A stretch of DNA of 20,775 nt, from assembly GCA_039683575.1 (NCBI GenBank), contig JBDKRC010000011.1:1-20775 (forward strand), given 5' to 3'. Below, one piece after another: positions 1 to 10,686 of this stretch. The position numbers and the translations under genes were made by a program. A model generated the notes under the pieces. That model was not told where the DNA came from, ran no database searches, and saw nothing but the letters and a program-made list of their open reading frames with translations. The stretch is from Armatimonadia bacterium (GTDB lineage: Bacteria > Armatimonadota > Zipacnadia > Zipacnadales > UBA11051). The number at the start of each line of letters is the position of its first letter. The stretch's first letter is position 1.

Positions 1-1
1 C

Positions 2-634
2 CTGCCACAAGACGCGCCGTCGTTCACGCCACGCGGCCAGTGCGAGCGGCCATACGGCAAAGGGCTTGACCAGGCACGACACAGCCAAAAGCGCCCCCCG
101 GGCCGGTGTAAGCAGGGCCAGGGAGAACGCCAGCCACAGCAGCGGCTCGACCTGTCCAGAGACGAGGCTGAAATACGCCCCGGGGAAGGCGGTAAGGATG
201 AGGCTGGCTCCGAGTGTTGGCCAGAGGCCCCACCGCCCAGTCGTGAGCCTGCCCAGACAGAGCGCGTAGGCCCAGAAGGCCAGGAAAGTGATGAGATACA
301 GCAGGCGCACGATGGCCTGGTGGGGCAGGTACCCTAATGGAGCCAGCGCTGCGGCGAAGGGCGGGGGGTACAGGAAAGGCAAAAACCCGCCATCAGGAGT
401 AGGTGGGTCGCCGGTGGGGAAGAGGGGATAGAGCTGTTGTCCGGTCACAACATGCTCGGCCGCGAGCGCGTACACATCCACATCGGCCATCTGGAAGTGC
501 CGGCCCAGGCATAGCGGCAGCAAGTACCCGAGGTGCAGCGCCAGATTGGCGAGCATGATGACGCGCCACAGCGGGGAGCGCAGTTGCGGGACGAGCCGGC
601 ACACCAACCGTTGCGGCCAGGGGAGTGGGTTCAT
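2..634 (-). CDS. Glycosyltransferase family 87 (DUF2029, GT-C fold) membrane protein, 3'-truncated by window edge
   Basis: Manual translation from ATG at 634 is open to the edge: MNPLPWPQRLV...ADVDVYALAAEHV...FLYPPPFAAALAPL...SLVSGQVEPLL...CLVKPF. The DxxVY, YPP, GQ and late Lys motifs plus several hydrophobic helices are typical of GT87. Starts 4 bp after the upstream stop. Absent from the ORF track because the stop lies outside the window. Confidence 0.8.
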   Translation of the reverse strand, partial: MNPLPWPQRLVCRLVPQLRSPLWRVIMLANLALHLGYLLPLCLGRHFQMADVDVYALAAEHVVTGQQLYPLFPTGDPPTPDGGFLPFLYPPPFAAALAPLGYLPHQAIVRLLYLITFLAFWAYALCLGRLTTGRWGLWPTLGASLILTAFPGAYFSLVSGQVEPLLWLAFSLALLTPARGALLAVSCLVKPFAVWPLALAAWRERRRVLWQ

Positions 635-638
635 CAGC

Positions 639-1370
639 CTACAAAGGCAGACCGACCGCCGCCAGGTACACCGCGGTCTCGTGCGTGCCGTCCAAGCCTA
701 GCAGGCTGTTCACCTCATCGTCGAAGAAAGCGCCCATGTTGACGCTGCCCAGGCCCAGCGCGGTGGCAGCAAGCTGCAACTGCCCGCCAAGGTGTCCGGC
801 GTCGGTGTAGATGTAGCGGTAGGCCCTGTCTCCGTACTTCCAGGCGCAGCGATCCACCACCGCTCCGAAGGCGAATACCACTGGTGCGGCCGCACAGTAG
901 CGCTGTCCAAGACAGGCCTCGGCCAGCGATGGCCCGAAGTTGCCCTCGGCCAGCATCACCAGGCGATGCTGGCGTACCTCATAGTGCCAGATGCCCTGTA
1001 GGCAATCCGACACGTTGTTGGCGAAAACATAGGTTTCGTTGGGGTACAGGGCGCCGGCAGAAGCGGTGGCCCGTAGTTCGTGCTCACTCTGGTCTGTAAC
1101 GCCCTGAATTGCCCACAGGATCTGTGAGAGGTGCTGCAGGGGCAACGGGGTGTCGCTGAAATTGCGCCAGGAGCGGCGGCTCTGGATCACATGCCAAAGT
1201 GGCGGCCCCTCCTGAACCTGCGGCGGCGGTAGCGTCAGCGTCTCCAGCGGCGCCTCATACTGCTTGTACTTGGGCACCTGTCGCGCCCACGTTGTCAGTC
1301 CGCCCATGTTGTGCCGCGAGTACTTGGTGACCTCGTGGAAATGTGGTCCTATGCCCGGCATCTTGCTCAT
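639..1370 (-). CDS. SagB/ThcOx-family FMN-dependent dehydrogenase (nitroreductase fold)
   Basis: SRRSWRNF (FMN-binding RRSxR), ASAGALYP, KYGDRAYRYIYTDAGHLGGQLQL and GAFFDDEVNSLLGLD motifs. Start placed at ATG 1370 (MSKMPG) behind a G-rich SD-like run rather than 1418. Confidence 0.88.
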   Translation of the reverse strand: MSKMPGIGPHFHEVTKYSRHNMGGLTTWARQVPKYKQYEAPLETLTLPPPQVQEGPPLWHVIQSRRSWRNFSDTPLPLQHLSQILWAIQGVTDQSEHELRATASAGALYPNETYVFANNVSDCLQGIWHYEVRQHRLVMLAEGNFGPSLAEACLGQRYCAAAPVVFAFGAVVDRCAWKYGDRAYRYIYTDAGHLGGQLQLAATALGLGSVNMGAFFDDEVNSLLGLDGTHETAVYLAAVGLPL

Positions 1371-1424
1371 GGTCAGGCCCCCCTGCATTTGGTACCTGAG
1401 GCCGCTGTCATGCGGCAATCAGGA

Positions 1425-3671
1425 TTATGAACACTGCGAGTAACCGCAGGTGTGGCACTTCTTGCAGCCCTCTTCATGCACCAACACGCCGCCACACTCA
1501 GGGCAGGCGCCCACGTGGCCAAAGCTCTTGCCACTGAAATCGATGGAGAGCTGTGCATCTTTGGGCATGACCTCGCGCTCGATTGCCTGCGCGAAGGCGT
1601 CAGCACACGATAGTACCTTCCCGCCGCCCTTCTCCCACGCCGGCATGTGGCAACTGATGCCCTTGAGTTGCTTGATGATGTGCTCGGGCTGAATGCCACA
1701 GCGGAAACACAGCGACACGAGCCGCGCCAGGGCCTCCGTCTGCGAGGAAGCGCAGCCGCCTGCCTTCCCCATGTTGCCGAAGACCTCGAACGGTCCCAGG
1801 TCATCGTTGTTGATCGTGATATATAGACGCCCGCAGCCGGTCGTCATGCCTCTCGTCACGCCATGTACGTCGCCAGGGCGGTCCCGGGGCTCAGGGTTCA
1901 CGACTGCCGGCTGCTGGGGCTTTTCCTGGTAAGTCTTCGAAGTCGTGAGCACCTGGTTCTGACGCGAGCCGTCCCGGTAGATCGTTATGCCCTTGCACCC
2001 AAGGTCATAGGCGAGGTTATACACCCATGCCACTTCCTCGACCGTTGCCTCGTTCGGGAAGTTCACGGTCTTAGACACCGCGTTATCCGTAGACTTCTGG
2101 AAGGCCGCCTGGATGCGCACATGCCACTCCGGCGTCACGTCATGCGCGGTGACAAACATGCGTCGCACGTCTTCAGGAACGCCCTTGACGTCATGCAATG
2201 AACCGCTCTCCGCGACCTCGCGCATCAGCTCGGGCGTGTAGAAGCCCCGCTGGCGAGCTATCTCCTCAAACAGCGGGTTGACCTCCACCATCTTCGTCCC
2301 GTCCATGACGGTACGGGTGAAGGCGATCGCGAACAGGGGCTCGATGCCGCTGGAGGCGCCGGCGATGATGCTGATCGTGCCGGTCGGAGCGATGGTCGTT
2401 ACGGTGGCATTGCGCAGCCGCCGCGGTTCCGCGTCGGTGTTGTAGATGCTGTCCTCCCAGTTGGGGAAGACACCACGCTGTTCGGCCAGTTGCTCTGAGG
2501 CGAGCAGCGCCTGCTCGTGGATGAAGCCCATGAGGGTCTCGGCCAGTCCGACGGCTTCCGCGGTGTTGTACGGGATGCCCATCTGGATCAGCATGTCCGC
2601 AAAGCCCATCACACCCAGGCCGATCTTGCGGTTGCCCCTGGTCATTTCCTCGATCTGGGGCAACGGGAACTTGTTCATGTCGATGACATTGTCGAGGAAG
2701 CGCACGGCGCTATGCACCGTCTGGCCGAGCAGGTCCCAGTCGACCTCTGCCTCCAGGAGCGGCCCGCGTATCATCTCCGCGAGGTTGATCGAGCCGAGAT
2801 TGCACGATTCGTACGGAAGCAGCGGCTGCTCGCCGCAGGGGTTGGTGCTCTCGATCTCGCCTAGTTTCGGTGTGGGGTTGGTGGCATTCATGCGGTCCAG
2901 GAAGATCAACCCGGGGTCGCCGCCCTCCCACGCCAGTTGCACCAGGCGGTCCCAGACCTCGCGTGCGCTGAGTTTGCGTACGGCCTCTCGGGTGCGCGGG
3001 TTGATCAGATCGTAGTCGGAGCCGTTGCGCAGCGCCTGCATGAACTCCTCGGTCACTCCGACCGACAGGTTGAAGTTCTGGAGCTTGCTCTTGTCCTGCT
3101 TGGCCTCGATGAACCTGAGAATGTCCGGGTGGTCCACTCGCAGGATCGCCATGTTGGCGCCCCGGCGTGTCCCGCCCTGCTTGATTGCCTCGGTGGCCGA
3201 GTCAAACACGTTCATGAAGGAGACCGGGCCGCTTGACACGCCCGAGGTTGAACTGACGATGTCCTCGGCGGGGCGGAGGCGTGAGAAGGAGAAGCCTGTG
3301 CCGCCTCCGCTCTTGTGAATCAGTGCGGTGTTCTTGACCGCCTCGAAGATGCTCTCCATCGAGTCCTCGATAGGCAGTACGAAGCACGCCGACAACTGCT
3401 GGAACTCTCTGCCCGCGTTCATCAAGGTGGGGGAGTTAGGCATGAACAGCCGGCTGACCATCATATCGTTGAAGATCTTGGCCTGCTCGCTTACCTGCTG
3501 CTCCGAGGCGCCATACAGGGCCTCGGCCTCGGCGATGTTGTTCGCCACGCGGCGGAACATGTCCGCGGGGGTCTCGGCGACCTTACCGTGAGCGTCCTTC
3601 TTGAGGTAACGGCGCTCGAGCACCTTGATTGCACTATCTGACAGGTTGAGACTACCGGCACTGAACGCCAT
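1425..3671 (-). CDS. nrdJ: Adenosylcobalamin-dependent (class II) ribonucleotide reductase with C-terminal TSCPD-like domain and Cys-rich tail
   Basis: PNSPTLMNAG, QLSACFV, GGGTG, GGTRRGANM, STNPCGEQPL (radical Cys), ESCNLGSINL, TIAPTGT, KGITIYRDGSR, and C-terminal CPECGG...CKKCHTCGYSQCS. AGAGGAG SD upstream of the ATG. Confidence 0.96.
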   Translation of the reverse strand: MAFSAGSLNLSDSAIKVLERRYLKKDAHGKVAETPADMFRRVANNIAEAEALYGASEQQVSEQAKIFNDMMVSRLFMPNSPTLMNAGREFQQLSACFVLPIEDSMESIFEAVKNTALIHKSGGGTGFSFSRLRPAEDIVSSTSGVSSGPVSFMNVFDSATEAIKQGGTRRGANMAILRVDHPDILRFIEAKQDKSKLQNFNLSVGVTEEFMQALRNGSDYDLINPRTREAVRKLSAREVWDRLVQLAWEGGDPGLIFLDRMNATNPTPKLGEIESTNPCGEQPLLPYESCNLGSINLAEMIRGPLLEAEVDWDLLGQTVHSAVRFLDNVIDMNKFPLPQIEEMTRGNRKIGLGVMGFADMLIQMGIPYNTAEAVGLAETLMGFIHEQALLASEQLAEQRGVFPNWEDSIYNTDAEPRRLRNATVTTIAPTGTISIIAGASSGIEPLFAIAFTRTVMDGTKMVEVNPLFEEIARQRGFYTPELMREVAESGSLHDVKGVPEDVRRMFVTAHDVTPEWHVRIQAAFQKSTDNAVSKTVNFPNEATVEEVAWVYNLAYDLGCKGITIYRDGSRQNQVLTTSKTYQEKPQQPAVVNPEPRDRPGDVHGVTRGMTTGCGRLYITINNDDLGPFEVFGNMGKAGGCASSQTEALARLVSLCFRCGIQPEHIIKQLKGISCHMPAWEKGGGKVLSCADAFAQAIEREVMPKDAQLSIDFSGKSFGHVGACPECGGVLVHEEGCKKCHTCGYSQCS

Positions 3672-3705
3672 TCCTATTCTCCTCTAGCAGCTAGTCAGGG
3701 GCGAA

Positions 3706-3735
3706 ACGGGCCAACCCCGTTGAGGATTGGCCCGT
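3706..3735 (-). other. Strong stem-loop in the nrdJ 5' leader
   Basis: Minus strand ACGGGCCAATCCTC-AAC-GGGGTTGGCCCGT: 9 perfect outer pairs extended by G-U pairs, ending in a short T run (TTT) then CGCC. Confidence 0.6.
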
Positions 3736-3781
3736 GCTGTGATTTGTTCAAGTTTTACAGGCTGAACCTATACGGGATTAC

Positions 3782-3810
3782 ACTATAAATCCCATATAGG
3801 GGGGAGTCAA
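3782..3810 (-). promoter_or_regulatory. Sigma70-type promoter for nrdJ
   Basis: TTGACT (3810-3805), 17 bp spacer, TATAGT (3787-3782) on the minus strand in an AT-rich intergenic patch. Confidence 0.8.
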
Positions 3811-3848
3811 GGAGCTTTTGAGCCTGCTCTCCGAAGTCGGTTCCGGCA

Positions 3849-6452
3849 CTACTGCTCGTCCTCGTCGAACTCGTTTGGGCCCTCCAGTTCCTCATCCTCA
3901 TCCAGCGGCTCCTCTTCTTCCTCCTCGTACTCCTCCACATCCACGTCGTCCGTCAGGCCCTCGTCATCCGTCGGCACCTGCCCCTTGGGGCTCTCCTGTG
4001 CCGTCTTCACGACCTTGGCAATCGCTCGTACCACTGTGCCCTCATCTGGGGTGACGATCTTTACGCCCTGCGCGTTCCGACCAGTCTGGCGGATGTTGGC
4101 GACGGGCACGCGGATCAGGACCCCGCCCGAGGAGATGCACATGACTTCATCATCGTTGTCGACGACGCATACGCCGACCACAGGGCCATTCTTGGGGGTG
4201 ATCTTCAGGGTCATGACGCCCTGAGTGTTGCGGCCCTGGCAGCGGTATTCGCCTACCGCGGTGCGCTTGCCCAGACCGAGTTCGGAGACCACCAGCAGGT
4301 CGCGGGGATCGTCCTTGTCGAGTACCTCGGTGGCGACGATCTCATCGTTCTTCTGCAGCTTCATGGCGTTGACGCCAGAGGCCGCTCGTCCGGTGGGCCG
4401 TACGCCCTTCTCAGCAAAGCGCAGGGCCTTGCCCATCTTGGTCGCGAGCAGAATATCCTTCTTGCCGTCGGTCCACATCACCCATTCCAGCCGATCCCCG
4501 GCCTTGAGGTTGATGGCGATAATACCCTTGGACTTGAGGTTGGTGTCATATTGCGTGAGGGCCGTCTTCTTGATCATGCCCTGCCGGGTGACCATCACCA
4601 GATAGCCGCCCTGCTCGAAGTTGCGCACCGGCACCCAGGCCGTTACATGCTCGCCACTTTCCAGCGGGATGAGGTTGATGATCGGCGTCCCGCGGGACGT
4701 GCGGCTCGCCATCGGCACCTGGTAGGCCCGCAGGTGATAGACGCGGCCCTGATTGGTAAAGACCATGATCAGGTGGTGCGTCGTCGCGACGAAGATGTCG
4801 CGGACGCTATCTTCTTCCTTCTTGGATAGCGCCACTACTCCGCGTCCGCCGCGGTGCTGCAGGCGGTACGTGTCCAGCGGCATCCGCTTGATATAGCCAT
4901 CCCGCGTGATCGTGATCGCCATGTCCTCACGAGCGATCAGATCCTCGGTGTTGATGTCCTCGGCTTCGTCCAGGATGATCTTGGTGCGGCGGTCATCGCC
5001 AAGCTCCTTGGCCATGGTCCGCAGCTCTTCCTTGATGACCTCGTACTTGCGCTCCTCGGAAGCCAGAATCCCCTCATACTCGGCGATCTGGGCCGCGAGT
5101 TGTGCCTCTTCCTTCTCCAGGTCGATCCGCGACAGGCGGGTGAGCTGGCCAAGCTGCATCGTGAGGATCGCCTCGGCCTGCAGTTCGGTGAACTCGAATG
5201 TCGCCATGAGAGCATCGCGAGCAGCGCTGCGGTTGTCGCTGCCGCGGACGATGGCGATGATCTCGTCAATGACGTTGATCGCTTTGAGCAAGCCGGTGAC
5301 GATGTGATCGCGCGCCTGGGCCTTGTGCAGCAGGAAGAGCGTGCGGCGCGTGATGACCTGGAGGCGGTGGGCCAGGTAGTGCTGCAGGATCTCCTTCATC
5401 GTGCACAGCCGGGGCACGAGCGCCTTGCCGGCTGGCACAAGGGCCATCATGTTGGCGCTGAAGTTTGTCCGCAGGGCGGTCCGCTTGTAGAGATGGTTCA
5501 GGACGACGTTGGCGTTGGCCTCGCGCTTGAGCTCGATTACCATACGCATGCCCTTGCGGTCGGACTCGTCGCGCAAGTCGCTGATGCCCTCGATCTTCTT
5601 GGCCTCGACGAGCTGGGCGATCTGCTTCATGAGCGCAGACTTCTGGACCTGGTAGGGCAGTTCCGTGACGATGATCGCGTAGCGGTTGCGGTCGAGTGGC
5701 TCGATGACCGCGCGGGCCTGCATTACGACACTGCCGCGGCCGGTGGCGAAATAATCGCGGATGCCCCTGGAGCCGAGGATCAGGCCAGCCGTCGGGAAGT
5801 CTGGCCCCTTGATGTGCCGCATCAGGCCATTGGCGTCAATGTCCGGGTTCTCGATCAGCGCGATTAGCCCGTCCACAATCTCATTGAGGTTATGCGGGGG
5901 AATCTCGGTGGCATAGGCGACAGCGATACCGGAAGCGCCATTGCAGGCCAGCCGCGGGAACTTGCCGGGGAGAACCTGGGCCTCTTGTCTGCTTTCGTCG
6001 AAGTTGGGCTGCCAGTCCACCGTGTCCATGTCGAGGTCGGCAAGCATCGCCATCGCGACCTTTGACATGCGCGCCTCGGTGTAACGCGGGGCGCCGGCGG
6101 GGTCGCCATCGACTGAGCCAAAGTTGCCCTGCGGGTCGACCTCGGGGTAGCGGGCGTTGAAATCCTGCCCCATGCGCACGAGCGTGTCGTAGATCGCTGC
6201 GTCGCCATGTGGGTGATACGTCTTCATCGTCTCACCGACGATGGCAACGCACTTAACATGAGCGCGCTCGGGGTAGAGGCTGTCAGCGTTCATCGCCTGC
6301 AGGATGCGGCGCTGGGAGGGCTTTAGGCCGTCTCGCACATCCGGCAGCGCGCGCGCCATGATGACTGACATCGCGTAACGCGTATAGGAGTCAGACATCT
6401 CGTCGCCGAGCTCGATAGGTTCAATTTGTCCTGGGTGGTATTGGTCAGCCAT
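3849..6452 (-). CDS. gyrA: DNA gyrase subunit A
   Basis: RALPDVRDGLKP, YHPHGD, GNFGSVDGD, catalytic RY (PRYTEAR), GPDFPT, GyrA-box QHRGGRG, beta-pinwheel repeats and an acidic C-terminal tail. The GyrA-box and tail favour gyrase over ParC. Confidence 0.95.
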   Translation of the reverse strand: MADQYHPGQIEPIELGDEMSDSYTRYAMSVIMARALPDVRDGLKPSQRRILQAMNADSLYPERAHVKCVAIVGETMKTYHPHGDAAIYDTLVRMGQDFNARYPEVDPQGNFGSVDGDPAGAPRYTEARMSKVAMAMLADLDMDTVDWQPNFDESRQEAQVLPGKFPRLACNGASGIAVAYATEIPPHNLNEIVDGLIALIENPDIDANGLMRHIKGPDFPTAGLILGSRGIRDYFATGRGSVVMQARAVIEPLDRNRYAIIVTELPYQVQKSALMKQIAQLVEAKKIEGISDLRDESDRKGMRMVIELKREANANVVLNHLYKRTALRTNFSANMMALVPAGKALVPRLCTMKEILQHYLAHRLQVITRRTLFLLHKAQARDHIVTGLLKAINVIDEIIAIVRGSDNRSAARDALMATFEFTELQAEAILTMQLGQLTRLSRIDLEKEEAQLAAQIAEYEGILASEERKYEVIKEELRTMAKELGDDRRTKIILDEAEDINTEDLIAREDMAITITRDGYIKRMPLDTYRLQHRGGRGVVALSKKEEDSVRDIFVATTHHLIMVFTNQGRVYHLRAYQVPMASRTSRGTPIINLIPLESGEHVTAWVPVRNFEQGGYLVMVTRQGMIKKTALTQYDTNLKSKGIIAINLKAGDRLEWVMWTDGKKDILLATKMGKALRFAEKGVRPTGRAASGVNAMKLQKNDEIVATEVLDKDDPRDLLVVSELGLGKRTAVGEYRCQGRNTQGVMTLKITPKNGPVVGVCVVDNDDEVMCISSGGVLIRVPVANIRQTGRNAQGVKIVTPDEGTVVRAIAKVVKTAQESPKGQVPTDDEGLTDDVDVEEYEEEEEEPLDEDEELEGPNEFDEDEQ

Positions 6453-6553
6453 AAGTCGCCTTCGGTATCATATTCTCCGGCTGCCGTACGAGCGCCCACT
6501 GGGCGCGACTTCGGCCGGGAGCAGAGTGCGGCCAGTGGCCGCGCACAACCCGC

Positions 6554-7498
6554 CTAGAATGTCATTGTCACTTCCGGCACGCAGTAGAAGCGTCCGGGCC
6601 CCCAGTCATTGGTGACCTTCACCATGACTGTGTTCGCCCCCGGCCTCAGGAACGGCGCGATATCCACCTTGCGAGGCATCCACGCGCGCTCCAGACGCTT
6701 CTCCAGCGTCACCAGCTTGCCGTTGATCTTCAGTTCGTAACTATCATCGCCAAGGATCACGGTCGGCGCCTCCAGAGGGAGGCCATCCAGTTGGATCGTG
6801 CGACGGAAATACGCCGTCGAAAAGTCTTTCATGCCACCGGGAGCCGTCAGGCAGCTGAAGCCCCGCTCAATGCCCTCGACCTTGATCGGGGCGGTCTTGT
6901 CAGCGGCAGCCTTCTGCCAGCCGGTCCTCCCGTTGGCGCTGTACTGCCAACTGCCATCGTCCATGCGGAACGCCTGCGTGATCATCGGCGTGACGAGCAG
7001 GCCGTAGCCAGGCGGTTGAACGTCCTTCGCCTGCACCGCGATCACATTGGCGCCGGGTTGGAGTTGGCCGGTGAGGTCAATGCTGCGGTCCTGGTGGGCT
7101 GCCTGGCTTTGCATCAAGCTGCGGCCGTTGACGTACAGCATGAACTGGTCATCAGCGCAGACATTGACCGTCGCCTCCGTGACCTGCCCCGGCAGATACA
7201 CGTTCCGGCGGAAGTAGACGGGCCTGCCGGTGTTGGCACCGCGAGGGTGCCACATGAAAAGGTGCAGAGTCTGATCCTCTGGGGCCGCCCATTGCGGGTA
7301 TCGCCCGGGAATGCCAAAGACCGGCTTCGTCCAGCCGCTGGCGTTGTAGCCGGCTTGGTTCCAGCCACTCCCGGCGGCGGTGCTGCAGCGCCAGCGCACC
7401 TGAAGGCTGTCAGGCATCCTCAGGAAGTCCTGCCCCCACACGGCGGGGCAGATGAGCACCAGCAGCGCCAGCGGTGTGAGGAGGGGAATACGCTTCAT
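6554..7498 (-). CDS. Secreted protein with two tandem galactose-binding-like beta-sandwich domains (GH2/alpha-L-rhamnosidase N-terminal-like), no catalytic domain visible
   Basis: AAGGAG SD before ATG 7498; signal peptide MKRIPLLTPLALLVLICPAVWG; two repeats of YFRR...(A/G)DD...(V/I)NG...(L/I)..(Q/F)L.PGAN. The ORF-track extension to 7669 overlaps gyrB and is not used. Confidence 0.75.
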   Translation of the reverse strand: MKRIPLLTPLALLVLICPAVWGQDFLRMPDSLQVRWRCSTAAGSGWNQAGYNASGWTKPVFGIPGRYPQWAAPEDQTLHLFMWHPRGANTGRPVYFRRNVYLPGQVTEATVNVCADDQFMLYVNGRSLMQSQAAHQDRSIDLTGQLQPGANVIAVQAKDVQPPGYGLLVTPMITQAFRMDDGSWQYSANGRTGWQKAAADKTAPIKVEGIERGFSCLTAPGGMKDFSTAYFRRTIQLDGLPLEAPTVILGDDSYELKINGKLVTLEKRLERAWMPRKVDIAPFLRPGANTVMVKVTNDWGPGRFYCVPEVTMTF

Positions 7499-7550
7499 AG
7501 CGGCTCCTTGGCCCCGACTGGATCCCAAACGACAGGTCGCCTGTAGAAGG

Positions 7551-9740
<2,190 letters not shown>

Positions 9741-9744
9741 TTAG

Positions 9745-9774
9745 ATTATACTCGAAAAAGCCCTAAAAAGTCAA
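9745..9774 (-). promoter_or_regulatory. Sigma70-type promoter for gyrB
   Basis: TTGACT (9774-9769), 18 bp T-rich spacer, TATAAT (9750-9745) on the minus strand. Confidence 0.75.
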
Positions 9775-9983
9775 GCCAGCCAGCCCCTTTCAGGACCCGA
9801 AAATGGCAGCCAATCAAGCCCCATTGTCCAAGTATGGACGGCCATTCTTGAACAATTCATTACACCTTGATCCGACACCTGAAAAACCCTCAAGTCGAGC
9901 GCCAGAATGCGGGGGGAGACCGTGGTAAGACGGGGGAAGAGTGCCGCCGGGGCACGGCACGGAAGCGGCTTGGGGCTATCGCC

Positions 9984-10664
9984 TCAACGCATCAGCATCA
10001 GCGTCCCGTAGTAGGCCAACGGCGTCAGAATTGCGACCATGACCAGCGGGACCAGGCCCTGCGCCAGGGTGTGTTTCCCACGGTATCTGCGGGCCCACAT
10101 CACCAGCGGCACGAGCGCCAGCGCATAGATCGCCTGGTGGTACCCAACCACAGTAAGCGAGATGATCGCCGCTGTCAGTACGCCGCTGTGGACGCTGATC
10201 TTCCACTGCAGGGAGACTACCGCGAGCGACAGCCCCACGACCAGGTATACCACCCCCAGCGCCACCAGCGGCGGCGGCGCCCCTGTCGCATATAGCAGGC
10301 CCACTCCGATAGCGCCACTGGCAATCGCCACCACGAAGGGCCAGGCTCGCTGCTCGCGCACCCCCACGTGGCAGTCGGTCACTCGCCCCATCCGCCACAT
10401 GTAGAATACGAAGCAGAAGGGCAGTACCGCGCCAAAGAGCACGGCGATCCCCGTCCACAGCAGTAGTTGCGGCAGCGTAGGCCGCAGCAGCAACACCACG
10501 AGTGTGACCGTGACGGCGGTGACGACAAAGGGGCTGGTGACGGCGGAGACGGCAAAGGCTGCCGCGCGCGTCAGGGAAAAGGGTTCGGAGGGCGGTTTCG
10601 GATCAGGCATGAACGTGGTGAAGGTATTCCGCAAAGACCGCCGAAATCCTTCCCACCCACTCAC
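9984..10664 (-). CDS. PAP2-superfamily-like integral membrane protein (putative lipid phosphatase); start uncertain (GTG 10664 or ATG 10610)
   Basis: Multiple hydrophobic helices; WKISVHSG and WARRYRGKHTLAQ resemble PAP2 C2 (SGH) and C3 (SRxxxxxHxxxD/Q) motifs. Confidence 0.7.
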   Translation of the reverse strand: MSGWEGFRRSLRNTFTTFMPDPKPPSEPFSLTRAAAFAVSAVTSPFVVTAVTVTLVVLLLRPTLPQLLLWTGIAVLFGAVLPFCFVFYMWRMGRVTDCHVGVREQRAWPFVVAIASGAIGVGLLYATGAPPPLVALGVVYLVVGLSLAVVSLQWKISVHSGVLTAAIISLTVVGYHQAIYALALVPLVMWARRYRGKHTLAQGLVPLVMVAILTPLAYYGTLMLMR

Positions 10665-10686
10665 ACTGCCTCAGAGGTGACACCTA

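Noticed and set aside
639-1370. Azole-containing RiPP cluster
   Set aside because: No YcaO, E1-like protein or precursor peptide visible; stand-alone SagB-type genes are common.
1425-3671. Intein or intron in nrdJ (also checked gyrA and gyrB)
   Set aside because: The usual insertion regions (RRGANM, NPCGEQ, PRYTE) are contiguous and protein lengths are ordinary.
4854-5867. 337 aa plus-strand ORF
   Set aside because: Antisense shadow of gyrA, expected from GC-rich codon bias; no recognisable motifs.
9775-9983. Replication origin near gyrB
   Set aside because: No TTATCCACA DnaA boxes seen and no dnaA, dnaN or recF; only short dyads such as GTCCA-AGTA-TGGAC that could be chance.
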